The notes under the pieces are model-generated. The model did no database searches. It was not told the DNA's origin and saw nothing but the letters and a program-made list of their open reading frames with translations. From contig JYFJ02004082.1 of the NCBI GenBank assembly GCA_000934665.2, positions 1 to 34,930 of the forward strand: DNA of 34,930 nt, given 5' to 3'. Of the stretch, positions 12,715 to 25,050 are shown one piece after another (position 1 is the first letter of the stretch; each line of letters starts with the position of its first letter). The translations under genes were made by a program, and so were the position numbers. The stretch is from Catajapyx aquilonaris. Taxonomy: Eukaryota.

Positions 12715-12949
12715 ACCCATCAAGTCACAAATAAGCATGATAGCGTAACTTGGTTGGTTGATTGAGGGAGACGAAGCAACTAAAGCCAACCAGCATAGGG
12801 GTGGGTGAGAGAGGAAAATATATTCTTGGGGTGTGAGAGGAAATGGGAGAACCTCAAGAAAACCCATGCACCTCTTGAAACATGAGAATCCTCCATCTGA
12901 CCTGGGGACCTCACAGTGGTAGGCTGTGATATTAGCCACTACACCACTG
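12715..12949 (-). mobile_element. Decayed tRNA-derived SINE
   Basis: The minus strand begins CAGTGGTGTAGTGGCTAA (A box) and later reads GGGTTTTCTTGAGGTTCTCCCATTTCC, a common SINE central motif. The 3' boundary is approximate. Confidence 0.5.
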
Positions 12950-13876
12950 TTTCACCCTTCAAGCAACTTATCTAGGGCATAATGCACTAATGATGCACAC
13001 TCTGAAATGAATGCCACCACAGCCTTCCACTTCATACGGATGGAGTCAGGTGGCAAATGGAACAATATAGCAGGAAATGCTTTTTGGTTTTAATACAGAT
13101 TCAAGGCAATCAAGTGCTGTTGCTCGCGATCTACAGCCAGTTACACATGTTGTGTTTAAAAATTTGCACCCTGTACCACTTGAAACTTTATGGTGCTCTT
13201 TAAAAGAGATTCAAGAGGTTTCTGGTGCTTTGGATTTTTCATCCTTAACATTTAACTCAATTTGCATCTGGCATAACCCTCAGCCTAACCCCAAATGTCC
13301 TGACCATTTCCGTGCCAATAGTACACAAGTGGAAAAAACTACCTTGCACTCTGGCAAGCAGTGCGCATGCAGGTGTGGGTAGAAGTGTGTCCGAGCTCAT
13401 CTTGATTAATGCACTCTTCCACCCATGCCTTCTTGCTTGGCCCGGCTTGCAAGGTTATAAGGCAGTCTTTTTAAGCACTGTACTGCACAATGAGTCTACA
13501 TGCATTTTTCACACACCCAAGCACTGTATGTGTATTCACACTACCCTTAAAGTGACATTTTAAAATATATGTTTGGGGGGGGGGGGTGTAGTATGTGTTG
13601 TTTGTCACTAAAGCCTATGCAGCATACACTATGAGGTGTCCCATAAGTTGGGACCCATAGGAGTTTGTCATGTTACAGTGTTGAAGTATATAGGTTACTG
13701 TGCAACCATAGTGATATTTTATAGTGATTCACTGACTACACTTGTTACTGAACTTCTGAGAGTTAGACGTATCCTATGGGTCCAGACTTACGGGACACTG
13801 TGTATTTTATGTGACTAACACATCATGTTTACTCCCTTTTTCAACTAATTTTATCTCCTAGCTAGCATGAAAAGTA

Positions 13877-14089
13877 ATGACAAGTTTGTTCTCTGGTAGG
13901 TATGCTGACAAAGGCCCTGTGAAGGTAGCCTTGCTCCCATCTGGGTCTCCTCTACCACTGTCTCATGCTAGTCCTTCTGGACCTGAGGAGGTTGCATCTT
14001 CTCAGCAGCCACGGGTGACTCCTCGTCCTCCACTAGGAGGATTGCGGGACTTACAGCTACGCTTTTTATGTCCTGAAGATTTGGAAGAG
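13877..14089 (+). CDS. NAA60: NAA60 coding exon 1 (MTSLFSGRYADKG...LQLRFLCPEDLEE)
   Basis: ATG at 13877 follows a pyrimidine-rich acceptor (ttttatctcctag, AG 13860-61). Donor GAG|GTGTTC at 14090, phase 0. Confidence 0.8.
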
Positions 14090-17000
14090 GTGTTCTAATG
14101 CTTTTTTGATAGCCTAGTAAATGACCAATTTGTACCACACCAACTGCATCTACTTAGAAATATTGTTAACACAATGTGTACAGTAATATTCCTCATCACA
14201 GACAAGAGGCTATTGCAGAGGTAATGGTATAATCTTGAAAAAAATTATTGATTGGGGGAGGGAGGGGGGTAATTAAAATTCTTATTTACAAGGACAAGCA
14301 ATAAAATTCAGAATTTACTTTTCTATGCTTTATGTTTATGGTATGCCTCAAATGCCACTCTGATTCAGACCCTCATATAGTTGTAATTTGTGCCAATGCA
14401 ATCAAACATGTGTTTACGTATTGGTAACATGCACAACATTATCACCACATCCTATGTCTGTTACTGCAACAGTGGAATTGCTGATAATAATATCTTGAAT
14501 TGAGGACAAAGCAATGATAGGCACACTGTGTTTCCAAGTGAGCAATGGTGCATTTAAAAGCTCATGGTAGAAGGTAATCTGCAATGCAACACGCATCTGT
14601 GCCACAATGGCGATCCACAAAATAAAATCATGTTTGCATTGTGAGACAGTACAGTGTAAATGCCAAATGTGTTTCCATTCACTAATCAGTGTTGACCTGG
14701 AGAAATGTAGAAACACATGAGTTGAACATGATTGCAGTGACAAGCACAGCAATCCTTGCTGATATTTAAAGAAGCTGAAATGTATGTTATATAAATTTGA
14801 CCCCAGTTTCCTTTGCTTGACAGTTGCATTCTTCCATGATGCTCATATGAAAACTAATAATTTGAAATCAAATTAGGAAACACTTGAACATGCCTCATAT
14901 ATAAGCAATATCATGTTGGGCACATATTCACTTCATGTCAACGGTTATTATTGTTTTAGCTGGTTACTGGTTGAGGTTAGAGAATGGTTCAAGATATCTT
15001 ACTATAATTATCAATAAGTAAAATATTTAATGGCATCTCAATGTATAGGTGCGCCGCCTTTGTCGTGAATGGTTCCCCATTGAATACCCTGAGACCTGGT
15101 ACCAAGATATTACATCAGATGCAAGATTTTATTCATTGGCTGCAGTTCAAGAGGGACGAATTGTTGGACTTGTCGTAGCAGAAATTAAGAATTATCATAA
15201 GCTGAATCGTGAGGTAAGGATCATGTTCAGAGTGTGTCATTCCCTCCCTATTTATGAGGGAACTTCACAAAGAATTATAAAGTTGAATTCTTAACATGCC
15301 TCAATTTAATAAGTATGATCTGATATAAAAGGCCATGCTCATGTTTTATGTCACACTTCAGAACTGGACATTTGAAATTTATTAGGAGAACAGAATAGTG
15401 TTCTCCAAGAGGAATATATTGATAATAGTGTCTCTTGGTAACTAAGGAAGTTACTAGATTAAAACATTGCCCATTGACATGAGAATATCATCGTCCATAA
15501 GGAGAAAGGGCAAATAGACTGTTTAGAAATTTTACAGGAGAGGTAAAAATGGGTTGAAAATCTGAGTCAAAACGAACTGAGGCTGATTTTTTATGTGACA
15601 AAGAGAATTAGTTCATGACTCGCAGTGAATGCCATCGTGTCCAGAATGTATTGAAGTATTAGAACACCAATTCTTGTTTGAATATTCCACGATCCCAGGC
15701 AATGGTGATTCCGGAAGTAGACCTAGATTCACATTCGCCTCTGCTCTGCCAGGAGGTTGGCGGTGAGGACCAATATTCAGTGTTGAGGTTTTGTTTCCGT
15801 TTGAATAAAACAGCCACAGAGGTGTACGACATGCTAAGATTGTGAACAGCAGATACTGGTTGTGTTGTTGGCCAGTTGGCACAATTGTCAGTATGGGGAA
15901 GTAGCCTTCATTTTGGAAACTACATAATAAATTCGACCATATTTTTTGGATTTTTTTGGCATATTCCGTTTTAAGATATCAGTTTCAGTTCCGGAGATAT
16001 TGGCGTTTTTTCGTAGGCAAGTGACGTCACTGTTTGCCTCGAAAATGTTGACGTCACGCGAAGTGAAATGAGCGCAAAAATGGTGTTATAGAACGCGCCC
16101 CGTCATTGTTGTAAAATGCTTCGCTGTTGTTAGCAACCGTCCCATTCCGTGAGCAAGATAGCAGCCGGGGCGCGTATTTATTCCAGGCCGCTCAAATCGC
16201 TTTGTACGTGGCAGTGATGCCACCAGCTCGGAAATATCTGTCTCCCGAATTAGGCACATAAAGGCCCCCCTTCTCCACCTCGATGACCTACAGCCGCCTT
16301 GCGAATGCTTTCCGTCGTGTCCGCGGTTAATTCAAAGTCAAATTCCTCATATCTAGCAGTCAACCAGTCATTTCAGTGTACCCTTTCGATTGGCACCACC
16401 CGGCTGCCCCGTTTTTCCCGCCAATTTTAAAGGCACTTTTAAATGTGCCGTAATTTATCCAGTAATGTCATTTTGATGCAACAGAGTGATGGAATGTATG
16501 TTTACAGGCATGGGCTAGCTAGTTATGAACAAAAATCCCAAATCCCAGACCAAGGCTACTTCCCCATTGTCAGCTGGCAGGTTGTTATGAGTGACCACAT
16601 TCAGTAAACACTCAGGGCCGTTTTCTCGAACAGTGGTTCAAATGTAAACCAGGTTCAAAGCCAGTTTAATCCCTGATTTGATTGTTGTTAGGCTGTTGTC
16701 AAGGGTTTAAATCGGCTTTGAACCGGGTTTACATTTGAACCACTGTTCGAGAAAACGGCCCTCAGGGTGGATTGCAAAGATGGAGTTTAAACCACGGCGC
16801 AATTAGAACGTGGTTGAAACCAGGATTCCGCTTGCAAAGACAGGGTTTAGCCTAGAAATGGGGTTTAAACTGCGGCCTAACTCAGACCACCTTCGAGGGT
16901 GGTTTAAACCTGGTCCAGACGGCTAGATGGAGTAGGACGGGCTTGATTATGACCGCTGTCTTCACCTTCTACAGCAATTGAAGGTTCTACCGCCCTGCCA

Positions 17001-20000
17001 TTGTGCATCTCAATGTACCCCCGCGAGCATAAAGATGGAGACGGCAAGCCCTTTTTTGACCTTTCTTTATCCGACTCAAATTCATGAACTCTTTTTGGAC
17101 TGAGTGAGCTGCTTCAGGCGTGTTTTCGTGTATTTATGACAGAATATTTGATACCGTAATAGCTGCGATTGGCAGAGCAGCCTGCCGAAGGTGAGGGCCT
17201 GCCGTCTCCATCTTTATGCTCGCGGGTGTACATGCTACAGGTTACTTCTGTCTCCTGACCTGGAACATGCTGATATGCAAGGACTAGGACTACAGGCAAT
17301 AACACAGATTGGCAAGGATAACCTTCAAACCTGAAATAAAATTATGTACATGAGTGGCTAGAGGGAGTAGGCATCACATCATGTGATCAAAAGGGAAGCA
17401 ACCCACCAAAGCGCCGTCCAGTCAATAAAAAATGAGCTGAAGGCTATATCAATGTAATGTTTACTTTTTCCAAAAGTATTACCTGTGATGGATTAGCTAT
17501 TAATCTCACTGAGACACTAGGCCTACAAAGGGCATCTCATAAAAGTCCTTGGGTTATTACTGGAACCACATCCGAACCCACTCATTTATCCTATGTCTGG
17601 AATCAGCATCAGCACAAAGTTTTCTTCAGTTCACCAAAACCGTGAAAGTCACAGGACGACAGGTTGGTACTGTAGTGAGGGGATGACAGGACTTTTCACT
17701 TCAATTTCTGCATAATTATTTTAATGAAATATGCAGTATGGAGGCGAGCATTATCATGGCATTCTCGCATGTAAGGACTGCGATTGGATGGCACGGTCGG
17801 TGCATCGCTTCTCTTTTGATAACGTGATGCGATGCGTGCTTACTCTAGCCGCGCATGCACATAATTTTCTTTAAGGTTTGAAGGTTATCCCTGCCAATCT
17901 GTGTTATTGTATGTTCCATAGATTTTTCACAATAAATACAGCTTGTTTTTTATTGACTGCACCTAATAGTTAAAGGTACGTATGTGCCAACATGTTGCAA
18001 TGTAGTTTTTTGGGAAGTTCTTTAAAAACTTTTTATGCCCAAAGAACCCTTACTTTCTTGACAAATCAATGTTTGGTGAAGTTCTCTCATCACAATCAGT
18101 TATATCAGTTTCCACCTGCAGTAATTCTAAAAGTCATTTTAAAATAATTTTGTTACCCTTACAATTGCCCCTAGTTTATCATGTGATTCCCCTAACATTG
18201 CCAGAGTTGAAGTGCAGGACTGGTTCATAGAAACTGAAGGTTATTGTGGGATTATTGTGGGTCCCAAGTGAGCCAGGAGAAATTGGGCATTTACACAAGC
18301 GGCAAAATGTGGTATTCTGGGGAATAGAATAAATGAACAGTTAAGTGAACAGAGTAGTTGTTGCTACAAGCCCTTTAAATGAGCCAGTCACTACACCTCA
18401 CAGTGGTTTCAGAATATTTTAAGTGGAATAAATGTGAGGTAAGTTAAGCAATGATGGTAATGGAGAATAAAAGGACTATTTACTTTACAGGACCAAGGTA
18501 TCCTGTCACTTCCACTGACTGGTGGGACGCAAGTTGGGTACATTCTCAGCCTTGGCGTTGTGAAGGAATATCGGCGACTTGGTGTTGCCTCTCTTCTTTT
18601 AGATGCTCTTCTTTCTCACCTGACTACTGTTGAGCACCACACATGCAAAGCTGTCTTCTTGCATGTTCTGGCATCCAACATAGCCGCAATACGGTTCTAT
18701 GAGCAGAGAAGCTTTCAGTAATGACTTATTGCAGTAGTCTTACTAAAATGAAGCATTTTACTCCTTCCTAATCCTTGTTTTGCAGGCTCTACAGCTTCTT
18801 ACCATATTACTACAGCATCAATGGTCGTAGCCGAGACGGTTTCACTTATGTGCTCTATATCAATGGTGGACATCCTCCATGGGGATTATTATATCCTTTT
18901 ACAAAATATATACTGACAATGTGCTTGTATTGTTTGATAGCTCTTGTTGGGTTTGTTATAACTATAGCCTTACTTGTTGCAATTGAAGTGTCTGCAGTGG
19001 TAAATGATTTTTTTTGCCACTAAACTACTCATTTTTACCCTATTCCAAGATATGTACCAAACTAAATTGACACAAAAATTAACATAGCCACATGATGGTG
19101 CGCATGTCTAACTACCACCACACACAAACTCATTGTTGATAAAAACTTATTCAAATAGTGGCACCAAAATTTGTGAGCTTACTTTGAGCACTCTTGCTTC
19201 CAAGCACATTCCTTTGTCTCTTGGACACACACTATATTCTCATCTGTGAATATATACATGGTGGTCCAACTTCAAGTGTCGTTTTATAACGTTGATTAAT
19301 AGCAGTGATTTTGCGATGACGTAGCAGCGACGTGTAAAATGTCCCACTTCGGCGCCATCGAAAATATTAGCTGCCAATAGCAGCACACATGTAATCAACC
19401 CTGCTGCTGGGTTGACCTGGAAAAAAGGAGGTGCACACATGACCTGCGATGCGCCTGGGTGAAATGGGTGACGTCCAAGGCACCAGATGGACCATGGACC
19501 TGTAATGCAAGGGGGAAGCCTGCAAACGAAACACAGCTAATATTTTCGATGGCACCGAAGTGGGCCATTTTACACGTGGCTGCTACGATAATAATTTCTA
19601 GGTTGTGAAAAAAAGTAAATGTCACTTTGTGCAAGGTTGGGACCTGACATTCCACTTGAAATTATGGAGGACTTATGACAGCATCTGACTGCAAATGGCA
19701 GTTCACATGTAGACATTACTGAAAGTCTCTAAGTTCAAGTGGGGCATCTTTTATTACCATGGTCTTATGTGCATCTTGTCTGGACACGCCCTCTCTTTTT
19801 GTGTCCACTTAGCTGCTCCCCCCCTTCCAGGAGGGGTTGCTGCTCTGATGCTGATGATGCTCCATAGTACCTTAACAGGTGGTGGTCCTGGTGGACTCCG
19901 CACATTTATGGAAACATGTTTAGGGGGTCGCAGTTGGTAAAAGGTTGGAAACCACTGCCCTAATGAGTGAACAAGAGACGAAGGAATCGGCTTGGGGGTG

Positions 20001-20904
20001 CAAATTCTAGACATGAGCTTACAAAATATGGTCACACGGTTTGTAAAATGTTTAGGGTAAATTTGAAATATTTACTGCCAAATACAGTAAAACTTCTAGA
20101 AGTCGAATCTCCATGGGACCGGAAAAAAACTTCGAGTTAGAGAAGATTCGAGTTAGAGAAGTTCGGAATGTTTAAAACACATCACCTACCTTTATATCCA
20201 GCGACGAAAGGTGTTCAAAACTTAAAAATAACTGTCACTATCACATTTACAATGTTCCTCATTGTTTTGGTGTAAAACAAACTCTGTTATGGACATTTGC
20301 CGACTCTTAGATTCAAGGATTTAATTGTCACAATCGAGTCAAACACTTCTTTCGGTACGTCTGGTAGACGGAGATCAGGAAATTGAGCCTTTCTGTATAT
20401 GTGGCCTACTCTCGACCCTTCGGCTGGGAAATTAGAAAATTTTCCGTACTCGCCAACATGAACTTGGACTTAGGGAGACTGAAAATGCATTAATATCCCA
20501 TTGTAAGGCCCTGCCAGCACGTTGAGTTATAGAAATTCGAGTTAGGGAAGTTTATTTCCTCTTATTATACATTGTGACGAACCAAGCTCATCATTTCCTT
20601 CGACTTATAGAGAACTTAGACATAGGGAAGTTCGACTTATAGAAGTTTTACTGTAGTACTTTTGTAATGTCATGATATTAAGCAGTTATTTTGTTACAGT
20701 TACTTTTAGAGGCTACTACTTGTATTACTGGTGTTACTTGAAGGATAATTTTCCTTATCTATGAACACAGATTACACAAAGCATTGGCTACAGTGCATGG
20801 CACGTAGTAATCCATGTGCTGTACCTCGGTGGTTGTGGTTAAGAACACAGGCAGCTCTCAACTGGGTCATTCCAGCCGCTAGGCGCCTGGTCAGTTTTTC
20901 TTAA
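13877..20904 (+). CDS. NAA60: N-alpha-acetyltransferase 60 (NatF, GNAT fold), spliced CDS join(13877..14089,15049..15213,18491..18717,18786..18890,20769..20904), 281 aa
   Basis: Exons sum to 846 nt in one frame. Motifs LQLRFLCPEDLEEVRRLCREWFPIEYP, GYILSLGVVKEYRRLGVASLLL (acetyl-CoA motif A), KAVFLHVL, AIRFYE and LPYYYSINGRSRDGFTYVLYINGGHPPWGLLDY are characteristic of NAA60. The start codon is uncertain (see findings). Confidence 0.93.
15049..15213 (+). CDS. NAA60: NAA60 coding exon 2 (VRRLCREWFPIEYP...KLNRE)
   Basis: tatag|GTG acceptor and GAG|GTAAGG donor; conserved WFPIEYP..WY..IT motif. Confidence 0.95.
15893..16567. mobile_element. GC-rich non-autonomous DNA transposon (superfamily unassigned)
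   Basis: 16-bp TIR ATGGGGAAGTAGCCTT / AAGGCTACTTCCCCAT, flanked by a TGTCAG direct repeat; CpG-rich interior. Confidence 0.7.
16615..16761. mobile_element. Palindromic Tourist/PIF-Harbinger-like MITE (147 bp)
   Basis: GGGCCGTTTTCTCGAACAGTGGTTCAAATGTAAACC arms are nearly perfect; 3-bp TSD TCA on both sides. Confidence 0.85.
17297..17966 (-). mobile_element. Mariner-derived element, copy 2 (outer left end missing)
   Basis: Colinear with 10940-11632; ends TTATTGACTGCACCTAA. Confidence 0.85.
18491..18717 (+). CDS. NAA60: NAA60 coding exon 3 (DQGILS...GYILSLGVVKEYRRLG...FYEQRSF)
   Basis: tactttacag|GAC acceptor and CA|GTAATG donor; GNAT motif A. The ORF track shows only a different frame here. 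Confidence 0.95.
18786..18890 (+). CDS. NAA60: NAA60 coding exon 4 (LYSFLPYYYSINGRSRDGFTYVLYINGGHPPWGL)
   Basis: gttttgcag|G acceptor after a 68-nt intron; ends at the U12 donor ATATCCTTTT. Confidence 0.95.
19320..19587. mobile_element. MITE/foldback with 54-bp arms in the NAA60 U12 intron
   Basis: CGTAGCAGC.ACGTGTAAAATG.CCCACTTCGG.GCCATCGAAAATATTAGCTG and its reverse complement at 19534-19587. Confidence 0.7.
20085..20653. mobile_element. Tc1/pogo-like MITE family A, copy 2, inside the NAA60 U12 intron
   Basis: Same TIRs and TA TSDs; ends about 100 bp upstream of the U12 branch point. Confidence 0.85.
20769..20904 (+). CDS. NAA60: NAA60 coding exon 5, C-terminal membrane-binding tail (DYTKHWLQCMARSNPCAVPRWLWLRTQAALNWVIPAARRLVSFS*)
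   Basis: Splicing TT|A at AC 20767-68 restores PPW.LLDY..H......S.PC, which aligns with the known NAA60 C-terminal amphipathic region. TAA at 20902-04. Confidence 0.85.
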
Positions 20905-22978
20905 GGAAGCCTCACTCTCCAACAAATTCCCATAAATCTGGTTGATGTTAGGTGATGCCAGAGTGCCTTGGAAACAACCTGAACAACGACCTCTGATCAG
21001 TTAACAACTTTGTGTACAAGCACGTGTCTATGCCCATGCCAAAGCAACGCTATAGGGTTGGAGTTTGTAAGGTTTGCATATTAAATATAACATCAGTCTT
21101 TTATAACCTAGATAAAAAGATGTAATGGTTCACACAGATATTTTATACTACCATTGAAATTCTCATGTAAAGCAATAGCAAGTCTCTTCCACATGAAATT
21201 GATCAGACTCTAAATCAGAATTCTACACTAGCATTAGTTGCTGGTCGTGGTAACAGTCCTTTCAGGTACATGACATGTGCATGTGACATTTGTCAATGAA
21301 ACATAATTCAACATCTATGACGTACATGAGTTCTCCTGTGCCAAATTTCAGGTTACATGTTTCATCCATTAACCTGTGAGATATGTTATTGAGCATTTGA
21401 CCTGTAGCAAGCTGTGGAACTGATTCAAAGAACTTGGTTAATTTCTTTTTGTAATTTTTTAAATTATGAAGTTAGTGTGTGAACAGATGGTTGAAGTGAA
21501 TATGGTCAGGTATTTCCATGAACATCAGTGTCCTCTTTGCATTTTTAAAAGATATTGGTGAAGAGTTCTCTGCAATGCCAAGCCGATGTTGATGATTTCG
21601 ATGGATGAAACACATTCAAGCTAGTTGAGATCAGACCAAAAATGATACGCAATGGATCGAGTGAATGTGAATTATTCCAATTATTACGATACTCATACCG
21701 GCAATTATTTTCAAGATCCCATGAGAGTCTTCAGTGGATTTTTAAAAATGAGTAAAGCAAGAGGAACACTATGATATTTGTAAGAATGTATGTATCGATG
21801 CTCAAGATTAATTGTTATACCTTGAAAGTCTGTCATCATCCGACTCATTCAATTTTATATTGTTTATATCTCTACATAATATAGAACCACTCTTAGGTTG
21901 ACCTTTTGTCTTCTGCCTTGAAGAAGGCACACATGAAGTGGTTCTCCCTGTATAAGGCCATTCTCAGGGTGTTTTCTTGAAGGTCGATTGTTATGATGCA
22001 GGTGAGTTGGCAAGTATAATTATTTTTTACAGATTTGTAATTCTCAAACATATGAGAAAGTTGGTGTTTACGAGAAGTTTATGTGAAAATTGTGCATTAT
22101 GCATTTTGTTAGTTCATATGAGAAAGCACTTAGCATGGTCATAACTGAGGCTAAGGATGGTGACTACCTTTATAGACTTGTAAATTGTACAGTGTGGTCC
22201 ATAAATCCTGTCAGCTTTCAATGATGGACAAGTCACGAGAGTTTGCCCAAGATTGTATTGATATACTTTATTGTATTTGTACATATGTGACAATCCTTAA
22301 CAAAAAAATATGGTGCTATGGGCATGTCACGCTTCCAGAAATGCCCTCTTTTTACCCTGTGGTGTAAAAAATGTTTTCCGAATACAGTATTTGTTGATAA
22401 TATGGGGTAACTCGACTCACTATGACAAATGTTGAGAGTGTAGTTCTTCAGGTTTGATTTTGTTCTGCATGTGTGCAAGGGCCATGTGGGGCAAGTTTCA
22501 TACTCAATCACTAACAGCTTGCCTCTTGCAGGCACATTTGTGTCTGGTTATACAGAAGGTGGAGCTGTAATAAAAGGGGATCAAAGTGTCAATGCTTTTA
22601 ACAAGGCATTACCTGAAGAGGAAGAGCATTTATGCTGATGGTAGTTTAGAAGGCAGTGTCATGGTGAGTGCTACATATGCAATTGCCCTCTGCCTCCTTT
22701 TCCAAGATTTATGGACCATCCTTACATCATCATCTAGCATGTTATGCTTGCCAAACTGCCTGAGACCTGTAAGGCCTCTGGTCAGAATGAGTACTTGCAG
22801 CTATTGTTATTGATGTGGAATCGTGGATTTCTAGGCTAAGGCCCTTGATTAAGTATATTAGGTTCTAGCATGCTGCATTAACAACTGTTCCATTGAGATG
22901 TCATTCACTACACATCTTTATAATCTGCAGGATGGCCAGAAAACATAACACTATGTATTAGCAGAAGCTACATAGATA

Positions 22979-23279
22979 CAGGGTGTAAATGAAATAAGTG
23001 CGCTTTATTTGCAGAATGATAGTGACCCGAAGGAAACATTTTTTGCCAGTACATTTGGTGCCGCAGATCGTTACGTCAGAAAACTCGGGTTTATCACGCG
23101 TCATACAAACACGTCAAATTGGGGTAACTAGAGTTACCTTACCCAAATGTGACGAGTGACAAACCCTCGTTTTGTGATGTAACAACTTGTCTGCGGCACC
23201 AATTGTATTGACAAAAATGTTTCTTTCGAGTCACTCTATCATTCTGCAGAAAATAAGTACTTATTTCATTTACACCCTT
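22979..23279. mobile_element. Tc1-like palindromic MITE
   Basis: TA|CAGGGTGTAAATGAAATAAGT...ACTTATTTCATTTACACCCT; arms pair over most of the length. Confidence 0.8.
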
Positions 23280-23576
23280 TACACAAAAAGTGGGTGCAGA
23301 ATTGCTCTCCTTCCCTTTGGTATGTAAGGCACTTTCCATCACAGTGGTGATGCGTTAGGCTACATCAGTGATTCTCACAGTGAGGTCTATGGTCTATCAG
23401 TGGACCACAAGGATCCTGCTCATGGCTCATGGGCCATGAACTGATCTGAAAGTGCTGGAAATTTCTTTACAGAGAACTGACAAAATTCCTTAATTCCTGG
23501 GGTTGGTCGTCCAAGGGATCTCTTGTATTTCCTAATAGTTGCAGTCAGGGAAGTTTGAAAACCTCTGCACTAAATT

Positions 23577-25050
23577 AGTGTATAGTACTGCTCATAAAGA
23601 ATGGTGCAAGTCTAGAGAAGAACTTTTCATCATGGGTGTCAAGGGCAACCTCCCAACACATGCCAGGGGTGGTGAGCAGGTCCGACCAGGCCAACCTGAT
23701 GCCTTGCTGGGGAGGGTGAAAACAAGGTCACACCTCACATGTATATGGAGGGAATATGCAGCCTTGAACAGACACATGTTGTTAAATGCTTTCGTTGCAG
23801 TAATGTCCGCACTGAATAATAACATTAATTGATCGTCACAAAACCACACCTCTGCCTTCATTCCAAGGGGCAAGAAAGGAAGCTGCTCTAAGCAGGAACT
23901 ATGACAGTCATGGTGTCATAGTTGTAGTTTTACATGTGAAGTGGTTATTTGTCTGAAACATTAAAGAAAGAAACCAATAAGCAAATAAACAAAAATGTGA
24001 ACACCACTATCTGTAGAGGCTGACCATTCGGCATTAATGGGACCGATAACTTACTGTGCAACCAACATGTATCAGCTGCAATGTCACATTTCATTGAAGA
24101 AGTAACAGGTTTTGTCTGCGGACACTGAATGCCACACATTATTGGCCCAAAGAGCGAATCTCTGTGCCCGGAATGAGGGCTTGCATGTCAAACAGCAGAC
24201 AGGAGAAAATGTCTCTCAGTTGTAAAGGTGTCATTTAAGCAGGAGTGGTACTGCTATTGATGATCACCCGTCGCAATCATTGTCGCATAGCTGATAGTCG
24301 CAATGACAACCCATGCAACATTTGCATCAGCATGAGGATATAAAATGGGGACAAGGGTTGCACGCAGCACTGGACCTGTAATCACTTCACGTGTGAAGCT
24401 GCATGTATGACACCATGATTGTCATAGTTCTTGCTTCGAGCAGCTTCCTTTCCTGCTATTCGGAATGAAGGCAGAGGTGTGATTTTGTGATGATCAATTT
24501 TTTTGTTCAGCGTGGACATTACTGCAATGAGCATCTAGCAACAATCTGTCATTTCAAGACTACATATCCCTCCATACGCGAGATCAGTTTGGACAGTTTT
24601 GCCTCCTAGGTGATAATTTTGATAATACACAAGATAATTGCATAAACTGTATGTCTGGTGAAAGAACACCTGAAGGGACACCATTACACCAGTGATATGG
24701 AGGTGCAAGCACATGTGCATCACTGGTGCCTGGAGAAGACGGCTGATTTCTTCTCTGATGGGATGCAACAACTGGTCCGACGGTGGTGTGACTAGGGATG
24801 CTGACTTAATGGAAAAGTAATGAAACCCTCTGGTAGAGGTCATTCCAAGCCTTTACCGGGTTTATGTGATTATCTTGCGTATTATCGAAATTATTACCTA
24901 GGAGGCAAAACTTTTCAAACCAGCCTCATACATGTGAGGTGTGACCTTGTTTTCATCTCCCCGGCATGTGTTGGGGGTTGCCCTCAACAGCCAGGATGAA
25001 AAGTTCTTCTATAGACTTGTATCTACCATTCTTTACGAGCGGTACTGTAC
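23577..25050. mobile_element. Long foldback element (about 370-bp arms); right arm interrupted by a mariner MITE
   Basis: 23577-23947 is the imperfect reverse complement of 24379-24576 joined to 24929-25050. Confidence 0.8.
24577..24928 (+). mobile_element. Mariner-derived MITE nested in the foldback arm
   Basis: TIR AGTTTTGCCTCCTAGGT.ATAATTT.GATAATAC and its reverse complement, TA on both sides, internal FFSDGMQQLVRRW-like mariner C-terminal remnant. Confidence 0.7.

Larger units (their letters stand above)
18891..20768 (+). other. U12-type (minor spliceosome) AT-AC intron of NAA60
   Basis: 5' ss ATATCCTTTT (U12 consensus), branch-like TTCCTTATC at 20751-20759, terminal AC at 20767-68, and no polypyrimidine tract between branch and acceptor. 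The reading frame is restored. Confidence 0.88.

Noticed and set aside
20769..20770. AG acceptor for the last NAA60 intron
   Set aside because: With the 18890 donor it gives a non-homologous frame that stops after about 10 codons. No suitable GT donor lies at the exon 4 end.
21570..21840. TGATGA motifs suggesting a C/D-box snoRNA
   Set aside because: No properly placed CTGA box D with a terminal stem, and it is not within a defined intron.
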